A stretch of 36,758 nt of DNA from NCBI GenBank assembly GCA_031277075.1, contig JAISLV010000032.1, positions 1 to 36,758 on the forward strand. Direction: 5' to 3'. Each line of letters opens with the position of its first letter. Positions within the stretch are counted from its first letter, which is position 1. The translations under genes were made by a program, and so were the position numbers. This DNA comes from Endomicrobium sp. (GTDB lineage Bacteria; Elusimicrobiota; Endomicrobiia; Endomicrobiales; Endomicrobiaceae). Shown here piece by piece: positions 34,831 through 36,758 of this stretch. The notes under the pieces are model-generated. The model saw only the letters and a list, made by a program, of their open reading frames with translations. It searched no databases and was not told the origin of the DNA.

Positions 34831-35994
34831 TTATCGGCTATATGCGCTGTGAAGTAAATTATTCACAACATACTCCAAAGGGATTTTTTCCTGTTCTAAG
34901 CGCCAATTGTTTAGTTTTAATAATTCGTATAATTTTTGTTCTTCATTGGTTAAATTTAATGTTGTGGAAATTTTATTTGACGTTCCTTTGCCTTTTTCAT
35001 TTTCAAATTGCTTAAATGTCGCTTCGTCCATTAAAAAACTATTGGTATTTGGGAAATAGTTTCTAAATTGCGATAAAATTTCAAACCCTTGAGTATCTAA
35101 ATCTCCCCAATATAATAACTCTATATCCTTAAACCATGCTGTATTTTTTAGATTTTCAACAGTATATCCTTTCCCAAAAATTACAATTGTTTCATTGATA
35201 ATTGGGAAAGTCAAAACGTTCATTTTATTTTCCACAACAAAAACTTTTTTAACAGGCAGGTTCAATTTTTCAAATCGGCTGACGGGAACGCTCAAATCGT
35301 CTATCCCTGAAAAATATTGTCGGCTGATATTTTTATCTAAAATACGAAACCTTACCAAAGGCTCGTCGTATTTTAAATGAAACCGTTTTTCAAAATCTTT
35401 TTCGTCTTTATTTGCGTTTCCGCCTATCAAAATATCAAGCGCTTCTTTGAGAATTCCTTTATTGTTTTCAATAAACTTGGTATGAACCGCTATCGGCAAT
35501 TGGCGGATGTAGAGATTTGGTTTAGGATTTTTAATGAAATATTTACAAACTTCTATAATGTCTTGCCAAACGTTATAGTCAATCAATTTTTGAGGATGCG
35601 AAAGCGCCAATTCTTTTAATTGCGGAAGCGCGCCGATTAACAATTTATAATTTTGCGCAAATATTTGATATTCTTTTTCTTTTCCTGTTATCTTAAGATA
35701 ATCTTCAAGCGTTTCAATTGCTATTTTTTCAGGGATAGATTGTTTTCCTATTTTATTGAATTGCTTTTGCGTTTCTATCAAAGAATACCCGATTTTTTTA
35801 TTAGATTTGGAGTTGTTTCGCAATATTTCAAGCGAGTTTTGATATGCGGGCAATTTTTCCATTAAGTTCTTTGCGGTGATTTTTCCTATCCTGTTAATTT
35901 CTTTCGGAAAGAAATTAACGCGGTCAATATGCGCGGCTAATACGTTTTTCCACCAGCTTAAACATTGTTTTTGTATTTCTTTGGGCGTTATCAT
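34831..35994 (-). CDS. jetD: Wadjet system nuclease subunit JetD (DUF3322 N-domain plus Toprim-like DUF2220 C-domain)
   Basis: 387 aa. The start overlaps the upstream SMC-like gene stop (ATGA). The C-terminal Toprim pattern is VFVVENKMNVLTFP (catalytic Glu) .. VIFGKGYTV .. LLYWGDLDTQGFEILSQFR (DxD). The size and gene order are typical for jetC-jetD. Confidence 0.8.
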   Translation of the reverse strand: MITPKEIQKQCLSWWKNVLAAHIDRVNFFPKEINRIGKITAKNLMEKLPAYQNSLEILRNNSKSNKKIGYSLIETQKQFNKIGKQSIPEKIAIETLEDYLKITGKEKEYQIFAQNYKLLIGALPQLKELALSHPQKLIDYNVWQDIIEVCKYFIKNPKPNLYIRQLPIAVHTKFIENNKGILKEALDILIGGNANKDEKDFEKRFHLKYDEPLVRFRILDKNISRQYFSGIDDLSVPVSRFEKLNLPVKKVFVVENKMNVLTFPIINETIVIFGKGYTVENLKNTAWFKDIELLYWGDLDTQGFEILSQFRNYFPNTNSFLMDEATFKQFENEKGKGTSNKISTTLNLTNEEQKLYELLKLNNWRLEQEKIPLEYVVNNLLHSAYSR

Positions 35995-36758
35995 TGTATT
36001 GTCTCTGAAATAATGTTAACCGAATTATGTTTTTGTTTTTTCCGTTTATATTCTTCTATAGTAAGGTATTGTATTTCAGAATTATTCCCTTGCGTGTTAG
36101 ATACGATATGGACGGAGTTGATATAATTTTCAATGATATGAATTTTTTGAAAAGGAGTAATTACGAGCAATTGCAGATTCAATTTCTTAAATAATTCCAG
36201 CCCAAATTGCGCGCTTTCGTCGTCGCTGCGCCCAAAGGCTTCGTCTATAACTACAAACCGAAACGATTTGCTGCGGGATTGATAATACGATAACCCGAAT
36301 TGATACGCCAATGCCGACGCCAAAATTGTGTACGCCAATTTTTCTTTTTGTCCGCCAGATTTGCCCGCCGAATCGGAATAATATTCTTTTACACCGCCGT
36401 CTTCGCAATAGAGTTCGCTTGCGCTAAATAAAAACCAGTTGCGGGCGTCTGTAACTTTTTTCGTCCAGTCTATATTTTTGTTGTCATTGTCAATAAATCG
36501 GTCTAAAAATTTCTTTACCATTAAAAAGCGGTTTTCAGTGTAAGCGTCTGAAGAGTCTAAAATATCCGCATAGCAGTTTCGCAAATCGTTTTTAAAATCT
36601 AATATTTCTTTATCGGAATTATTATCGGCAGAAAGTTTAATATAAGTTCCTTTGTTAAATTCTATTTCTTTTAAATGTTCGTTAATCTCGTCTATTTTAC
36701 GCTTTATTTCCTTACAATGTTCTTCTAATCTAACGTCAAAAATGCGAATGTCTTCAAT
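35991..36758 (-). CDS. jetC: Wadjet SMC-like ATPase JetC, C-terminal ~255 codons (5' end beyond the window)
   Basis: I checked the frame by hand and it stays open to the window edge (IEDIRIFDVRLEEHCKEIKRKIDEINEHLKEIEFNKGTYIKL..). It carries the ABC signature SGGQKEKLAYTILASALAYQF, Walker B FRFVVIDEAFGRSDD and a D-loop/H-loop region LQLLVITP. Confidence 0.8.
   Translation of the reverse strand: MEDIRIFDVRLEEHCKEIKRKIDEINEHLKEIEFNKGTYIKLSADNNSDKEILDFKNDLRNCYADILDSSDAYTENRFLMVKKFLDRFIDNDNKNIDWTKKVTDARNWFLFSASELYCEDGGVKEYYSDSAGKSGGQKEKLAYTILASALAYQFGLSYYQSRSKSFRFVVIDEAFGRSDDESAQFGLELFKKLNLQLLVITPFQKIHIIENYINSVHIVSNTQGNNSEIQYLTIEEYKRKKQKHNSVNIISETIQ

Noticed and set aside
35195-35865. Three plus-strand ORFs of 61-80 aa inside jetD
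   Set aside because: They are AT-rich antisense frames with Phe/Ile/Lys-rich translations. The jetD sense frame has clear Toprim motifs.
33748-36758. tRNA-Ser as the integration site of the Wadjet-bearing AT-rich segment
   Set aside because: The AT-rich segment lies on the 5' side of the tRNA gene, whose 3' end faces ldh. I saw no integrase and no direct repeat of the tRNA 3' end in the window, so tRNA-targeted integration is not supported.

Overview
A 36.8-kb chromosomal segment from a moderately AT-rich, apparently anaerobic bacterium. The gene content and a T9SS-like C-terminal sorting tag hint at an Elusimicrobia-like or similar deep-branching lineage, but that is only a guess. Nearly all genes are on the minus strand.

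Housekeeping content:
- argJ (partial), a Sel1-repeat gene and argC
- rsmI
- a cobalamin riboswitch, then nrdD, a separate 59-aa glycyl-radical mini-ORF, then nrdG
- pepP, efp, accB, accC
- cspA
- bioF, bioD, bioA
- ldh
- tRNA-Ser(CGA)
- ftsB

Accessory or unusual content:
- A 1436-aa M6 (InhA-like) metalloprotease with five near-identical 282-bp tandem repeats and a T9SS-type C-terminal tag, followed by a PorV/PorQ-like barrel gene.
- A GGGtGRT-family protein plus NifU-like protein, forming a two-gene operon of unknown function.
- An AT-rich HinfI/CcrM-like type II restriction-modification cassette.
- The 3' half of a Wadjet (jetC partial, jetD) system at the window end, followed by two or three tiny unknown genes.
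- Gene debris: a TonB-dependent-receptor/TonB chimera and a truncated P-loop gene.

The most striking sequence-level property is the intergenic DNA. Two unrelated repeat families fill almost every intergenic gap of the core genome:
- a modular hairpin/word repeat (BIME/REP-like), at 10 or more loci
- a ~180-bp MITE-like element with GGGYGTCTCTAAAAACC terminal inverted repeats, at 5 loci, several of them within 15 nt of start codons

I saw no rRNA, CRISPR array, transposase or integrase. Gene coordinates were checked by hand against the sequence. Repeat boundaries are approximate, to about +/-10 nt.
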